A DNA stretch of 64,000 nt, taken from Monocercomonoides exilis PA203 (lineage: Eukaryota; Protista; Preaxostyla). The position numbers were made by a program, and so were the translations under genes. Under the pieces are notes generated by a model. The model ran no database searches and was not told the DNA's origin. It was given only the letters and a program-made list of their open reading frames with translations. Shown here one piece after another: positions 12,501 to 25,099 of this stretch (the stretch's first letter is position 1; every line of letters starts with the position of its first letter). Location: NCBI GenBank assembly GCA_001643675.2, contig LSRY02000014.1, positions 930,001-994,000 of the forward strand. Reading direction: 5' to 3'.

Positions 12501-15320
12501 AGGAAGTGGTGGGGAGAAGATAAGTGAGGGGTTTGGGGTTGTGCTTTGGAGAGGAAGAAGAAGAAGAAGAAGAGGATGAGAAGGAAGAAGATGAGGAAGA
12601 GGAAGAATAAGAAAATGATGTTGATGATAGATTTGATTGGTAGTTTGAATAAGAAAGAGAAGACGAAGCTGTTGGCATTCCCTGTGCAATCTGTGAGAAA
12701 CTCACATCAAAAAGAGGAGGAGGCGGTTTGGGCGCAGTCAATGGCTTGCTCCTTTTGGGCTTCTGCAGATCAGCAGTCGGTTTGCCTTCTGTTTCTGTGG
12801 ATGTTGTGGGATGTGATTCTGAAACTGCATCTTCTTCTGCTTTTTCATCTGCTTTTGTGTTTGCTTCAGTGCTTGTGTTAGTATCTGCCTCAGAAGCAGG
12901 TGAAGAAGGGGGTTCTTCTGCTTCACTGTGCTCCTCTTCTGCTTTGTTGGTTCCATCCTTTTTGAATGATGTGGAGGGGTGTGGATGGATCTGTGGAGAA
13001 GTCTGCGCTTGTGTTTGTGTTTGTGAACATTTCTGCTTCTGGTCTTGATTCTGCCTTTGTTGTTGTTTTTGTGCTAGCTTCTGCTTTTGCTTCTGCCTCT
13101 GCCTCTGTCTCTCTTCATTCAATGCCTCCTTTGCTGCATTCTCCTTCTGGAACATTCTGTCGTGCTCCATCCGGATGTGTGCCAGAGGAACGAAACACTC
13201 CAACTTCACAATTTCGTCCTTTCGTAGCGCAAACACATCGAAAAGGAGATCGTTCACAAGATATTTCAAGTTGGAGGTGCCAAACAGTGCAACTTGAAGA
13301 GGAAGAGACGTGGAAAGAAGGGTTGGCTCATCAATGTTTGATGAGGAAGTGGAAGAGGAAGAAGATGTTGAGGAGGAGGAAGAGGATGATGAATTTGAAG
13401 AGGATGAATCTTGTTCAGAAACATCTGATTGCAATTCTGTTGGTGATGTTTTTGGTGAATGTGGGCATATGTGATTGTTACGAGTTGAACACTCTTTGTT
13501 CTCTTCATTCAATGAAGATGAAACTTCTGAAGAATTATCATCGTCCTCTTCAGTCAGACTTGCATTCAACTGTGCTATCAAATTGCCACTTTGACTTTGA
13601 GCAGATTTATCTTTTTGATTAGAAGAATCTGAATTATCGTTTCTCTCTCCTTTCTCTCCTTTCTCTTTTCCCTCTTTTTCCTCAGTCATCTTGTTCTCCC
13701 TCAGCACCTCACTCACAATCCGCCTCGCTGCTTCAGACTGTTCTATCTGCATCTGCCTCCTTCTGACGATTTCGTCGCTTTTCGCTGCGATGGCCGCAGT
13801 TGCTGCAGACATTGTGGTGCGGCTGGGGGAAGCGCTGGGCTTGAGGAGGTGCTGCTGGACGAGGCAGATGATGTCGCCACGCACACGCACAAGGCGGATG
13901 CACAGATGAGCATTCCGACACCCGTCCAGAAAGGAGTGGGTCTGCGGAAGCGTGGTGGGCGGGAAGGGAGGAGGCGGGCAGACAAACTGGGAGGGGAGGG
14001 GAGTGATGGTGGGCGAATGAAGAAAATAGCATTATTATGTTATAAAACGATAAGTTAGAAAAGAAAGGGAAGGAAAATGTTTACGTAATAGAAATGCAAA
14101 ATTCAAAATATGAAAGAGATGAAAGATGAAAAAGAAGAAGAAGAAGCAAACATTGGGAAGCTGTTTGTACAGAAAGCAGAACGGCTCTTGGTCAAGGATG
14201 AATCTCAGCCCAGTGAAATGATACGTTGTTTGATGGTTCTGATTTTTGAAAAAAGAAAAATAAAAAGAATTCAGAAGAAGAAAAAGCAAGCAAAGATTGT
14301 GGGTGAAAAGTATTTTAGTTAAAATTGAAAAAAAAAACAGAAATTGAATTGCTTTTAGAATTGCTACAATAATGGAATGTAATTTCAAACTGTTGCTAAT
14401 ATGCAGAAAATTCGATCTTCATCAATAGTCATCCACACAGGATCATATACAGAAAGTTCCATTTTTGGAGGCGAAAATTTTTTTGTTATAACCTTGGCCT
14501 CCCCTTCTGCATCAAGCTAATTCAAAAAAAACTGAAATATGAGATTGTTTAATAATTTCGCAAACTCGAATGCGTTTGAATGTGTAGTATCTCAAATACA
14601 AAGTTTCAGCAAACAAAACGAAATGCAATTGATCTTTGGAAAAATCAGGGAGAAACTAAAATTAATACAGCATAAATGGAATATTAATCTCAAGAAAGAG
14701 AACAAACTTGAGCTCTAAGATAGTTTTTTCCTGAAAACAGCACAAAAAGTGGTGAGTAATTTGATACGCGTAAATCTATGCATGTCACTTCGTAGTTTTC
14801 AGGAGATGCAATTCCTTGCATTGAAGGATTCCAACCATATGTCGTGAATAACAAATACGAAAAATCTGGACTTATTGAAGCACTAACAACATCACAATGT
14901 TCCAGCCTTAACAAGCAAAAATAAGTCCATTCTTTTAAATTATAAATCCATATTTCTGTTGGTGTACTCTTTGGTAAATCCCATGTAATAAAAAATTTTT
15001 TAATTTTGAAATATATTGAATGAAAATAACAATATACAGAATGTATTATTGTTATGTATATTCAAATAAAAAAAGCAAACAGAACTGTTCCCATTCCATG
15101 AAGCAACAATGTTAAATTCATCAAAACTTCCAACAAAACGACGATATGCAGAAAAACACGGAAGATGAGATGTACCACGATTTGCACAACTATAAAACAA
15201 TTTCTTCCCTCCTATAATTGTTTGAAAAGGTATATAAGTAAAATCATTGTCTGAAAAAGTGCAAAATCGTTCTGCATTCATCAGAAAAAATAAAAATAGG
15301 ATGCTTCTGATCATAAACAT
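6572..15320 (-). CDS. Gamma-secretase-activating protein (GSAP/pigeon)-like, multi-exon, with large Ser/Glu low-complexity insertions
   Basis: Exons join ORFs 15000-15320, 14690-14914, 11161-13890, 7526-11320, 7216-7533 and 6572-6949. Colinear GSAP-like blocks: IWIYNLKEWTYFCLLRLEHCDVVSASISPD, YLRAQFLP..LHFVLFAE, PVWMTIDEDRIFCI, LLHIAIQH..VFHEILLG, MCRLLIAASELGISLP..LQLLRRSVLNLS. Start and first-intron boundaries are uncertain. Confidence 0.6.
6955..7192. repeat. Intronic low-complexity tract: (CAA)n, (CAAAA)n and A/G-rich repeats
   Basis: Seen directly; lies in the last intron of the GSAP-like gene. Confidence 0.9.
11546..11598. repeat. (AAAAT)n microsatellite, intronic
   Basis: Seen directly. 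Confidence 0.95.
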
Positions 15321-15407
15321 TGTCGCAACTCAGAACATTGAAGAACAAAAAATTAAATCATAATACACGCAATTTAAGAAAAAAGCAACAACAATCTCGA
15401 AATTAAA

Positions 15408-17048
15408 TCAAATAGAAATCCAATCCATTCCATAGCACAACAGAACAATGCTGCAACAAATAGTTTGAAGCAAAATAAGAACATTCGTAAGTGTTTTTTC
15501 CTTCATTGGCCCAAGGAAATAAAGAACGGTGTTAATGAGCGTGAGATTTGGTGTATATTTTAACTTCCCTGTGGTACGATCAAGTCTAAAATAAAAATTA
15601 AAAGCAAAAAAAAAAAAAAATAAATTCACAATTTTGGAAATATGAAGCCAAGAAAACAAAAAATACCTTGGAATACGATGTCTAGGGCAATTTTGAAATG
15701 GAAGGGGAAGATGAGATTTAATAGAGGCAGGGATTAGGAAGTGGATAAGTTGAGGGAAAGAAAGAACGAAATTAACTATTTGAGGGATGAAAAACAGTAA
15801 TAGTCCCTAAGATGAATGAAATGAATATTCAAAACAGCAAAAATATGAAGAAAAGTTAAAAGTTAACAAATATGTTAATTATGGTGCATATTTGCATTTA
15901 ATAAGCAAGTCATACGAATGGGAACTTCCCCAGAATTCCAATGGCTGCCAATGTGGCACCAGCCCAGTGAGTAAATGTGTCACCAACAAACACTTTTGAT
16001 GGATATCTGAAAAAAAAACAAGATTAGAAAAATAAAAGTGGAGTGGAAACATTAAGTTTGTTAAAAAGTTTGTAGGGGAATAAAATGAATTTGAAGCAGA
16101 CTTGTTATGCACCCAAAGAGCAAGGCAAACAGCAACAAAAGGAAGTGCAGTTACGATAGCAAAATAGCACAAATCTTTGCTTCTTGAAATAATAACGCCT
16201 CCTTGTTGTTCGTTTTCACTTGGCAGGACCGTTGTAATTCCTCCTTTGTTTAATCCAATTGTTCCAAAGATGATTACAGAAATTCCAATAACGATAGATT
16301 GGCCAACTTCCAGTCCATTTATTCCAGCATATATATTTATGCTATTGATACAAAAAATCATTACACAAACAAGAAACATAATATATATGATTCCTGATTT
16401 TAAATTTTTAAATATTTTGGAGAATAAATAATAATAAAAGTAAAAAAACCTAAATTGACTGTAAGTTTATCACCGAAAAAGTAATGCCAGATAGATAAAT
16501 GAGGAACACTGACCGTTGTATCACCCCAAAAATGTCTTACAACAGGTAAAGATGATACAATTGAGAGCATAATTTTTGTCCTCCAACGAATATTGAGAAC
16601 ATCATCAGCAAAGCCAAGAATTAATAAACTTGAACTGAGCATATACAGCACATTTATCTTGTCTGTCTAATTTTCGATAAGAAAACATTTTTAATTTGCT
16701 AATTTAGTTATAAGAAATACCAGAAAACTGTCCGAATGAATTACATCAGTCAGCATTAATGATGCCAGATAAACAATTCCACAAACAAGCCCAAGCCCTT
16801 CAGGTCTATTATTTTTCATTTAAAGCTCATAAATTATTTAATAAAGTTGTATCAAACACATGAGGTGGATTACCATCTGTTGGTTTCGGTTTACCAATGT
16901 CAATTCCAAACAGACCAGCTGCTTCAAAAGATGGAGCAGCTGCTGGAATAGAAAAATATGATATAACAAGCGCTGCAATAGAAATTACTGCACTAGATAT
17001 GATGTGGACCTCAAAATCTAATGAATTAGAAAGGGGAACGTAATTCAT
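15408..17048 (-). CDS. DPAGT1: UDP-GlcNAc:dolichyl-phosphate GlcNAc-1-phosphotransferase (ALG7/DPAGT1), multi-exon
   Basis: [91 protein letters not shown]; introns are GT-AG. Confidence 0.95.
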
Positions 17049-17137
17049 TAGGGATATGATAATATCAAAAATGAAGTAATGGGCATTTTTTTATTTTCCT
17101 TTCAATTTATAATTTGAACACCATATTATCATTTTTT

Positions 17138-18620
17138 TCAACCCTTGCATTTTTCATTTAAATTTTTTATTCTTCTGAGCTTTTCGGAAAGCTTTTCTAC
17201 ATTCGCCATTACGTTTTGTTTATTCTCCTCTATTTTCTCTTTCATCTGCATCATCAAAACGATCAAAAGACATATCATTAACAAGGAACATATTATAATA
17301 ATAATAGTTAAAAAAGATAAAATAATAATAATTTTCATACGTTATCAAGAAGAACGTTAAGTCTTGCAGTGTTTGTTCTTATTGCCTGAATATCTATTAA
17401 TATTGCAGTTCCCATTTGTGAGTAATAGCCTGCAATCTCTATGGGTCGTTTGATGGATGAAATTCGCTCAATCAAGTAAGGAAGGTATTTCGCAATTCGG
17501 CTGCATTCAGAAAGACGAAATCTCATTTGAAGCATCTGATTGAATAACAAAATTTTATCACAATTTATATGAACAAACAAGAAAGGTTATTTAATAAATC
17601 AATACCCTGTCATCAAACGATACTAACGTTGAAGCATCTATGATTTGAGTAACAGCGTCTGTTGTTGGAAGAGTAATTTTAAAACCACACTTTTTTTGTG
17701 GAAGACCAATTCAAAAAATTTTAAATAAGGGCAAAAAAAGAAAGTTAATTTCATTTCTTTCAACAATCAAATTCGCATACAGATTTAAGATGCTCCGTAA
17801 GAGAGACTTTTTGCTCGAGATCAGCTAACTGAGCGTTTAACTCAGCAGATTGAAATTCTTGTTTCATCACAATCTGCTGGAGTGCAATTGCTCTCTTTTC
17901 CATATCATCCATTTGATGATGGAGCTTAATAAGCATTTCTTTATCTTTTCTTTTTTCTGTTTTGTGAACAAAGAATAGGAAAAGAAATGAAAAAAAGAAA
18001 AATATCTTCATAATGCTCAAACCTAGTTCAGAAACTTCATCAAGAGAAAATATTCCCTTTGTCAAGCTAACTTCCTTTGCTTTGCAATTCTTTTCAATAT
18101 CACAGTCAATCTCATCTAATTGAGCAACTTTTTTTGTTATTTCTTTTTTCAGCTTGTATTCTAATTGCTCAGCATCTTCCAAGACAGATTTCATTGTTGG
18201 ATGTTGCAATTTTGGATGCATCTCAACTTGCCCACCCGGGGCCTTTATAGACATCATTAATTCTTCTCCAATCCTCAACGCCTCTCGATGTTTTTCTTCA
18301 AGTTCGCGCAATTTTTCTGTCAGAAGAAAATCATTATCAATAACAGGGTCTGATTCCAGAAAACTATCGTGCTCTACTTCTGTAAAACAATAATTGGACT
18401 TTTGTGAGTCTATTTTCTGTTTCAAATAAAAAAAAGATGTTTGTTCAATAATTCTGAAGCAAAGACTCGTTATGTAACCATTCTTCAATACCTCTTCTAA
18501 ATTATCGTTAAGTGTTTTTTCTTCTGTAAACTCGTCCACTTCACATGAATATCCACCGATATTCTTCCCTGATAAAAAACTTTGACGTGCCTGAAAGGCA
18601 ATTTTCACAGCTTCTTCCAT
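17138..18620 (-). CDS. DCTN2: Dynactin subunit 2 (p50/dynamitin)-like, multi-exon
   Basis: Coiled-coil protein. The C-terminus ECSRIAKYLPYLIERISSIK..YYSQM..LNVLLDNMKEKIEENKQNVMANVEKLSEKL follows the dynamitin C-terminal pattern (LP.LV.RL..IK ... L..V...M.EN...V..NF..I..R). Confidence 0.65.
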
Positions 18621-18696
18621 ATCGAAATTTTATTATGGATTAGTATTCGTTTTTGTTAGTTCAAAAAAAGTCTTTTTTGACTTGTTTATTTTCAAA
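18621..18696. promoter_or_regulatory. 76-bp divergent (bidirectional) promoter region between the DCTN2-like gene and CWC2
   Basis: Head-to-head ATGs at 18620 (-) and 18697 (+). Confidence 0.6.
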
Positions 18697-20683
18697 ATGC
18701 TACCAACTGCGCTTCAATACCAAAATAGACCTGCAAGAAAGCAAGCAGAGAAAATGGTAGAAACGCATTCTGCTCATGAACTGGACTACAACATTTGGTT
18801 TGCATTTAATGCGCTTTTTCGATCTAATTATAGTGAATTTCTTATTTCTTAAGGTATCATAAGCATTTAGGAGAAGAAAAAGAAACAGGAAAGTATGATT
18901 AAGATTGCGTCAGTTTTTCTTTAGAGACGCTTTCTATTTTCTTTTGTTTTTTAAAGTTAATGTCATATTTATTTCGTTAAATAATTGTATAATTTCATTT
19001 ACAGACAGCATGCAATGACAAGATGTCATATTGATACAGATGCAGGATTTACAAACGGTGATCGCTTGCACAATCCAAGAATGTGCCTTTTTTTTGCCAG
19101 AGGATCTTGTATACATGTTTGTAATCTTCTTTTTTATGAATACGTTAACAAGGCGATAATGCTTCAGGGAGCTGAATGCAATTTTTTACACAGAATTCCT
19201 TGTGAATTAGATGAGCCACATCAAGATCTTATGCATGATGTTTTTGGGCGTGACAGGCACAGGGCAGACAAAGAAGATATGAGCGGTGTTGGATCATTTT
19301 ACAGAGAATGCCGTACTCTTTATGTTGCAGGATTGACGATCACTGGAGAAAGAGAAACAGAGGTACAAATAGAATTTTTATTTGATATTTCGTAATAATG
19401 AAAAATATAATGCTTTAGGCTCTTCTAAAGAAACATTTTGGGGAATGGGGGCAAATTGAAAGACGTTTGCTTTTTCTATTATATCAATCGCAGAGAACAT
19501 TTTTAACATATATATATATTCTAATTTTTTGTTAAGTTCGAGTTATAGCGAACAAAAACATTGCTTTTGTTACGTATCATCTAAGAAGTGAAGCCGAATT
19601 TGCAAAAGAAGCCATGACAAATCAGTCATTGGAAGATAATGAGGTCTTGCAAATTTTTATTCTTTTTGATTTGCATTTTATTGAATGGGGAAAAAAATCA
19701 TATATGATACAATTATTGTATGTTACTTACAGGTGTTATCAATAAGATGGGCAACGGACAATGAATCTGTCACAAAGAAAGATGTTCTTTCTGATCAACA
19801 GCGCGCATTGGATGCAATTGAAAAGAGTCTGAAACAGAAGATTGGAATGGCGACACCTTCTGCATTTTCTTCAATGACATCTTATTCGTCTGCTTTTGCT
19901 GCGTTTCCAACAGAAGGACTCAACAGCAGTGCAATGAACACATACGGCACTGCAGCCCAGCTGACTTCTGCATCTCTTACAGAGGCACAGACAAACGAGG
20001 CACTGACTGTTCTGAGCGAAATGGCAGCGGCGAGAGAAGCTTTGCAGCGGGCGATCAACTCCGAAGAGCAGAAAGAAAAGACAGGCTCAAGCAAAACTGA
20101 AGGAGGTGAAGGTGATGATGCTGAGAAGGCTGAAGGAGCAGAAGATCCCAGCGGAATGAACCAGGTGGGTGTGTCTGTTGTATCGAAGGGAGCCGGAAGG
20201 AAAGATGTGGCATCGGGGTATCCAATTCAGATGACTCCGCCAATCCCTCCAGTTGCTCCAACTCCTCCGTCGTTCATCAACCGCGTGTCACAGAGCCTTA
20301 TTTTTGAGATTGCTGCAAAGATGACAGAAGAAAATATGTTGCTTCAGCAGCAGCAGAAAGCGAATGACAAAGAAAGCGATTCAAAGGATGGTAGCGATCA
20401 GAACGCTCTGCCAGAGGAAGTCAAAATGCTTGAAGAATACTTGCAAACCACTGAAAGTGAAGGCAAAGGAGAAGAGCAAACGGATTTGAAGAGTGAAAAC
20501 AAAATTGCTTCTTCAGAAGGGAAAGATGGCAGCACTTTTGTCCCAACAAAACGTTTGCTGGCTGAAAGTGAGCACATTGACAATGAGACAGAAGACAATG
20601 AAGATGAAAAAGATGAAGACGAAGGAGAAGAGAAAGAAACAACATCAAAGCAAATACAACCAAAAAGAAAGCGTGTTAAGTAA
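18697..20683 (+). CDS. CWC2: Pre-mRNA splicing factor Cwc2 (Torus/CCCH zinc finger + RRM), multi-exon
   Basis: RPARKQ, YNIWYHK, TRCHIDTDAGFT, CLFFARGSC..GAECNFLHRIP, DVFGRDRH..EDMSGVGSF, RTLYVAG, AFVTY..AEFAKEAM, LSIRWA. Confidence 0.93.
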
Positions 20684-20751
20684 ATTTTTGTGTGTTTTTT
20701 AACCACTTCGCATTTCTTTAACAATTTCATATGTTAAAATTGTAATTTTTG

Positions 20752-20752
20752 T

Positions 20753-20788
<36 letters not shown>

Positions 20789-20789
20789 T
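20752..20789. repeat. (TTTC)n microsatellite
   Basis: Seen directly. Confidence 0.9.
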
Positions 20790-20989
20790 TGAAAAAAATG
20801 AAAACCACAGTATTTTTTTATATATAGTTTATTGCTCGGATTTCTGATTTATATAATTTATTCATCGTGGTTCTCGTCAATGTCTCTTTCGTATTCAACA
20901 CAAAATTACATTTGTAAAGAAAAAATTTAATGAAATGGCTTTCATGAACAAAGAGTTTTAATTTATAAAAAAAAAAACCCACAAACGGT

Positions 20990-23523
20990 TCAAAAGTAAA
21001 AAGGTGAAGGATTCTGCAAATCGAAATTGAGGAAGGGATTTTGGAGAGAAAGCAGCGGGCCGACTGCCTGAGCGAAGTGTGCAGGGTCCGCAGGCTGTGA
21101 AATGGAATGAAGTGCTTTCGAAAGTGATGAAGAGTCGTAGCCAAACATGGAAGAAGATGCTGCTGAGTCTGACGCATCCTTCAGGAAAAGCAAGGCGCTG
21201 TGTTCTTTTTCTGAGGTCAAGTCGTCTTTGATGAAGCGGCGGAAGATCAACTCGATCTTCTGATTAGCGGCTGGGAAAGAGCTTCCTCTCAGTTCTCTCA
21301 AAGTGTTTGCTCCTTTGCATTCCTCCAATTTCAATGCCACTTCATTCACTATTTCATCGTCGTCGTCGTCTTCCTCTCCTCCTTCTCTTCCTCCTCTGTT
21401 CTGATTCGCATTTCCACTTTCGATTTTTGTTATGTCTTTTGCAAACGTTGCATCTTTCTGTTTGCTTTTCATCAGAATTGCCAGTCTCTCTCCAGCAGCC
21501 AGCAGCTGTATGATGATTGTCAGTGTGAGTAGCAGCGTCCACTTGTCCGTGTGTTCCAGTGCAGATGACAGCACAAGCAGGATTCCTTCATCCACAAGTG
21601 CTATCGCGTGCCGCAGGCTTGCCGTGGCCACAGAAAGCAGCACAAACCCCAGCTCGTGTGACAGCGGAGGCTGCGACGAAGGGAACTTGAGGATGATTGA
21701 AGAGACGATCCTTTCAGAGAATAAGGAGTCAACATGGCCGACAGATCCAGCGGCGATGATGGACGCCAGCCAGGCAGCATCGCTTTGGTGGGAAAAGGAG
21801 CCATTCATGAGAAACTCTCGTACAACAGGAAGAATGCCGGCATCTATCATTGTCTGTATACGTGTCAGAAATGGTGAAAGAAGGACAAAAATTGAGTACA
21901 GCAATAAAAAAGCAGACAGATTGAAATGTTTGACATAAATGTGATAATGAATTGATTGATTGTGAAATTTTTTAAAACAAATAAAATGCGTTCAGAACAA
22001 ACCGAAATGGCTGACAACGAATAAGCTGCGATGTTTCCAGCGATTTTGATGAGGTATGTTTTTATTCTCAGCTCGCACGAAGCGCAATGATGGACAAAAG
22101 CAGCGAAGAAGCTGTTTGAAATGACAAGCTGCACAGCCGTTGGGTTGTGCTCTGTTGCATTGGCCAGTGCACACATAATTTCGTATTTGACACTCGACTT
22201 TGAACTGATTGCGAGTGGCACCAGGTCAGACACGATTGAGTTGATAAGAGCTTCAATCTCAGGTGGATCTGCTTGAAACTCGGATGCTGATTCAGGTGGC
22301 GATGAAGTGGAGGAAGGCGCTCCAGGAAAAGAGAAAAGTGACGCAGAAAACGGTGAAAGATTCAATGACGAGTCGTATTGAGGCGAAAAGAGGCCTTGTT
22401 TTGAATTTGGAGTGAATGGGGATGCATTTTGCTGAAAAATTGATCCAGATAGATTTACATGAGAAGAATTGGGCGAACCTGAGAAAACAGAAGGAGAAAA
22501 GGTCGGTGGTGTGGATGGAGATTCGAATCCTGCACTTTGTAATTGGCTTACAAAGCTGCTTGGTTGTGGTGAAAAAGAAAGATCGCTAATTAACTTTCCA
22601 CATCCTTCCTTCATCTTCTTGTTTCGTTTCATTTCTGCATGTTGCTGCCGTCTTGGATTACGAGCAAGCGAAGAAAAACACCACATTGCGTATTGCAATT
22701 CTCCATCTTCCGCATTTGCTTTTTGTATAACTTGAGCTATATGCGGAAGAATAGGAAATGATAGAATATAATCTCGTGCAGCATGATGTTCAAAAGCGCA
22801 ATTCCCCAAGCACCATAATAATTGTTCCCGAACAACTGAAAATGGAGAAGCTAGAATTCGTGGAATATAATTCATAAATCCACTTTTCATAATGTCAACA
22901 ATATCTTCTCGAGTCCCGCAAGCTTATTGAAATTATAATAATTTTTATGAATTTATAAAAAAAACATTTCATACCAAGGTTTGTTAATATCCATAAAACT
23001 TCGTTTTGAATTTCAAAGCAGTTATCACAACCAAGTAGCGAAATTATTTGAGGAAGTATTCCAAATGAAATAATCACAGAAGGTGGGATATTTGATGCTG
23101 AAAAATAATAATATATAAATGATTACTTTCAAGTTTTCTTCACAATTTTACATTCATACATTGAAGAGTTAGATTGCGAATAAACACAATTCCTTTTTTA
23201 ATATCAGAAAAATTTTTTGAAGTCAGAAGGCTCACATAAGAAGGAAGATCATCAATCTAAATGCAAATATGTCACTTATCAATAAAAACATAGATAGCTA
23301 TATTTCTATTACATACATTACAAATTGCAGTCTTGTCTTTTGTGTCTGAATTTGTATGACGTTTTTGTTGAAGAATATTCACTCGTGATGTTGTTCTCAG
23401 CTGAAAAAGATGTGAATCTCGTTCATTTATGATAAAAATTCTTTCCTCGTCATTTGTGTATTGCTTAAATCGTTCCTCAGTCCTTTTTATGGAAGAATCC
23501 GAAGAAAAAGGAAAACTATTCAT
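20990..23523 (-). CDS. Importin alpha (karyopherin alpha)-like ARM-repeat protein, paralog 1
   Basis: IBB-like N-terminus (RFKQY..QLRTTSRVNILQQKR); ARM motifs IQNEVLWILTNL, VREQLLWCLGNCA, YAMWCFSSL, DAAWLASIIAAG; C-terminal LEECKG..L. Confidence 0.8.
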
Positions 23524-24729
23524 TTCATGATTTATTATTGTGGGTTATGGTTATCGTGATAATTATTGCAACAAAAGAAACAATGAAATTACTTTTGTTG
23601 AAGATTATTAGATAATTATATTAAAAAAGGGCATATGATAACTTTACGTAGTTGTTGAAATGTTCACAAAATTTTTAAACATTAATAAAACGTGATTTAA
23701 TAGAATGAATAAAACACGTTTAGCATCGAATTTTTGGTTTTTAATCTCATATTTTTTTTTAAAAAAAACCTAGAATAAAGTTAAATATTGTGGGAGCGAT
23801 CAATTTTTGAAAAATTGAAAAAACAGATATTTCGCATTTATGCTATGTATTTAATAACGCATTTGATAAAACTAGGCCTCTGCGACAGACCGACATTTTT
23901 GAAACAACTCGACAGGTCGACCGACAATTTTGTTAAGTTTTATTTATTATTATTAAGAAAATTCTTCTTTTATTTTTATTTATTTTAAAGAAAAAAACGA
24001 AATAAAATCATTATTTGTGTTTTTTTATCGATTAATATGAATAATTTAACATGGAAATGATAAATCAAAAATTTTTTTCTAAAATTCTTATAATAAAAAT
24101 GGGTTATCGACAGATCTTAGTCGAGATCAGTCGAACGACAAAGATCAGTCGTTTGACAAAGATCAGTCGAGTTGTAAGATATAAATGAAAATTAATGATT
24201 TTTTCACAATTGCTAATTTTTTTTTATTTTGAGACTTTCTCTCACTTGAAGATTTAACTTTTTTTTCATTTTAGAATCATGCTTGCTTTTATATCTAATA
24301 ATGTAGTTCAATGATTCGGCAAAATATTATTTCAAATGTTGCATTGTTCAAACAAGACTTTTTGATCATTACTAATAAAAAGAAATGGAGTTTAGCGTAT
24401 TTCAAACAGTTCTCTTTTATCTTTTTGGTTTTGATTTTTAATTCAAATTTAATCATCGTTTAAAAAATAACATTTTATAATTGTGGCAATTCCATGAATC
24501 GATAAAAAGGTTGTTTGAAGACGATTATTATTCCTAATAGTTGTAAAAATCTTTTGTTCAAAGTTCAAATTTGCACAAAAACGTATGATGCAATTCTTTT
24601 TCTGTTTCATGAAACGGTGATAATATCAAAGTGAAGGAATATTATTTTCTAAACACAAAAAGTGAATAAAACGAAGTTCAGATAATTTCGTATAATCCAG
24701 AGAAAGAAATGTCGCTCTATTAGAGTGCG

Positions 24730-25010
24730 TTAGTGAGATGGCTTGAATATTAGGAAACTGCAATGGTGATGAAGGATCAGATGGAGCCGCATGCGAAGCT
24801 GAAGAGCACAGCAAAAAAAAAGAAGGTTGCTGAAATGATAAAATAGTCTGATGGAGCGAAGAACATCGCATTTGTCGGAAAGAAATTGTTTGAAAGAAGA
24901 AAGAAAGCGAAAGGGGGAAGAATAAGAATGAGAAGAAGAAGAAGAAGAAGAAGAAGAAGAAGAAGAAGAAGAAGAAGAAGAAGAAGAAGAAGAAGAAGAA
25001 GAAGAAGAAG

Positions 25011-25099
<89 letters not shown>

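Noticed and set aside
14968-15082. Apparent non-canonical (GT-AA) splice acceptor near 14996 in the GSAP-like gene
   Set aside because: A canonical in-frame AG exists a few codons further on (..CCAAAG|AGTACA), and a base error in the A-run is also possible. The introns I traced elsewhere are GT-AG.
15272-15304. Possible 33-nt GC-AG first intron
   Set aside because: It is in frame without stops and shorter than the other introns traced; cannot be supported without cDNA.
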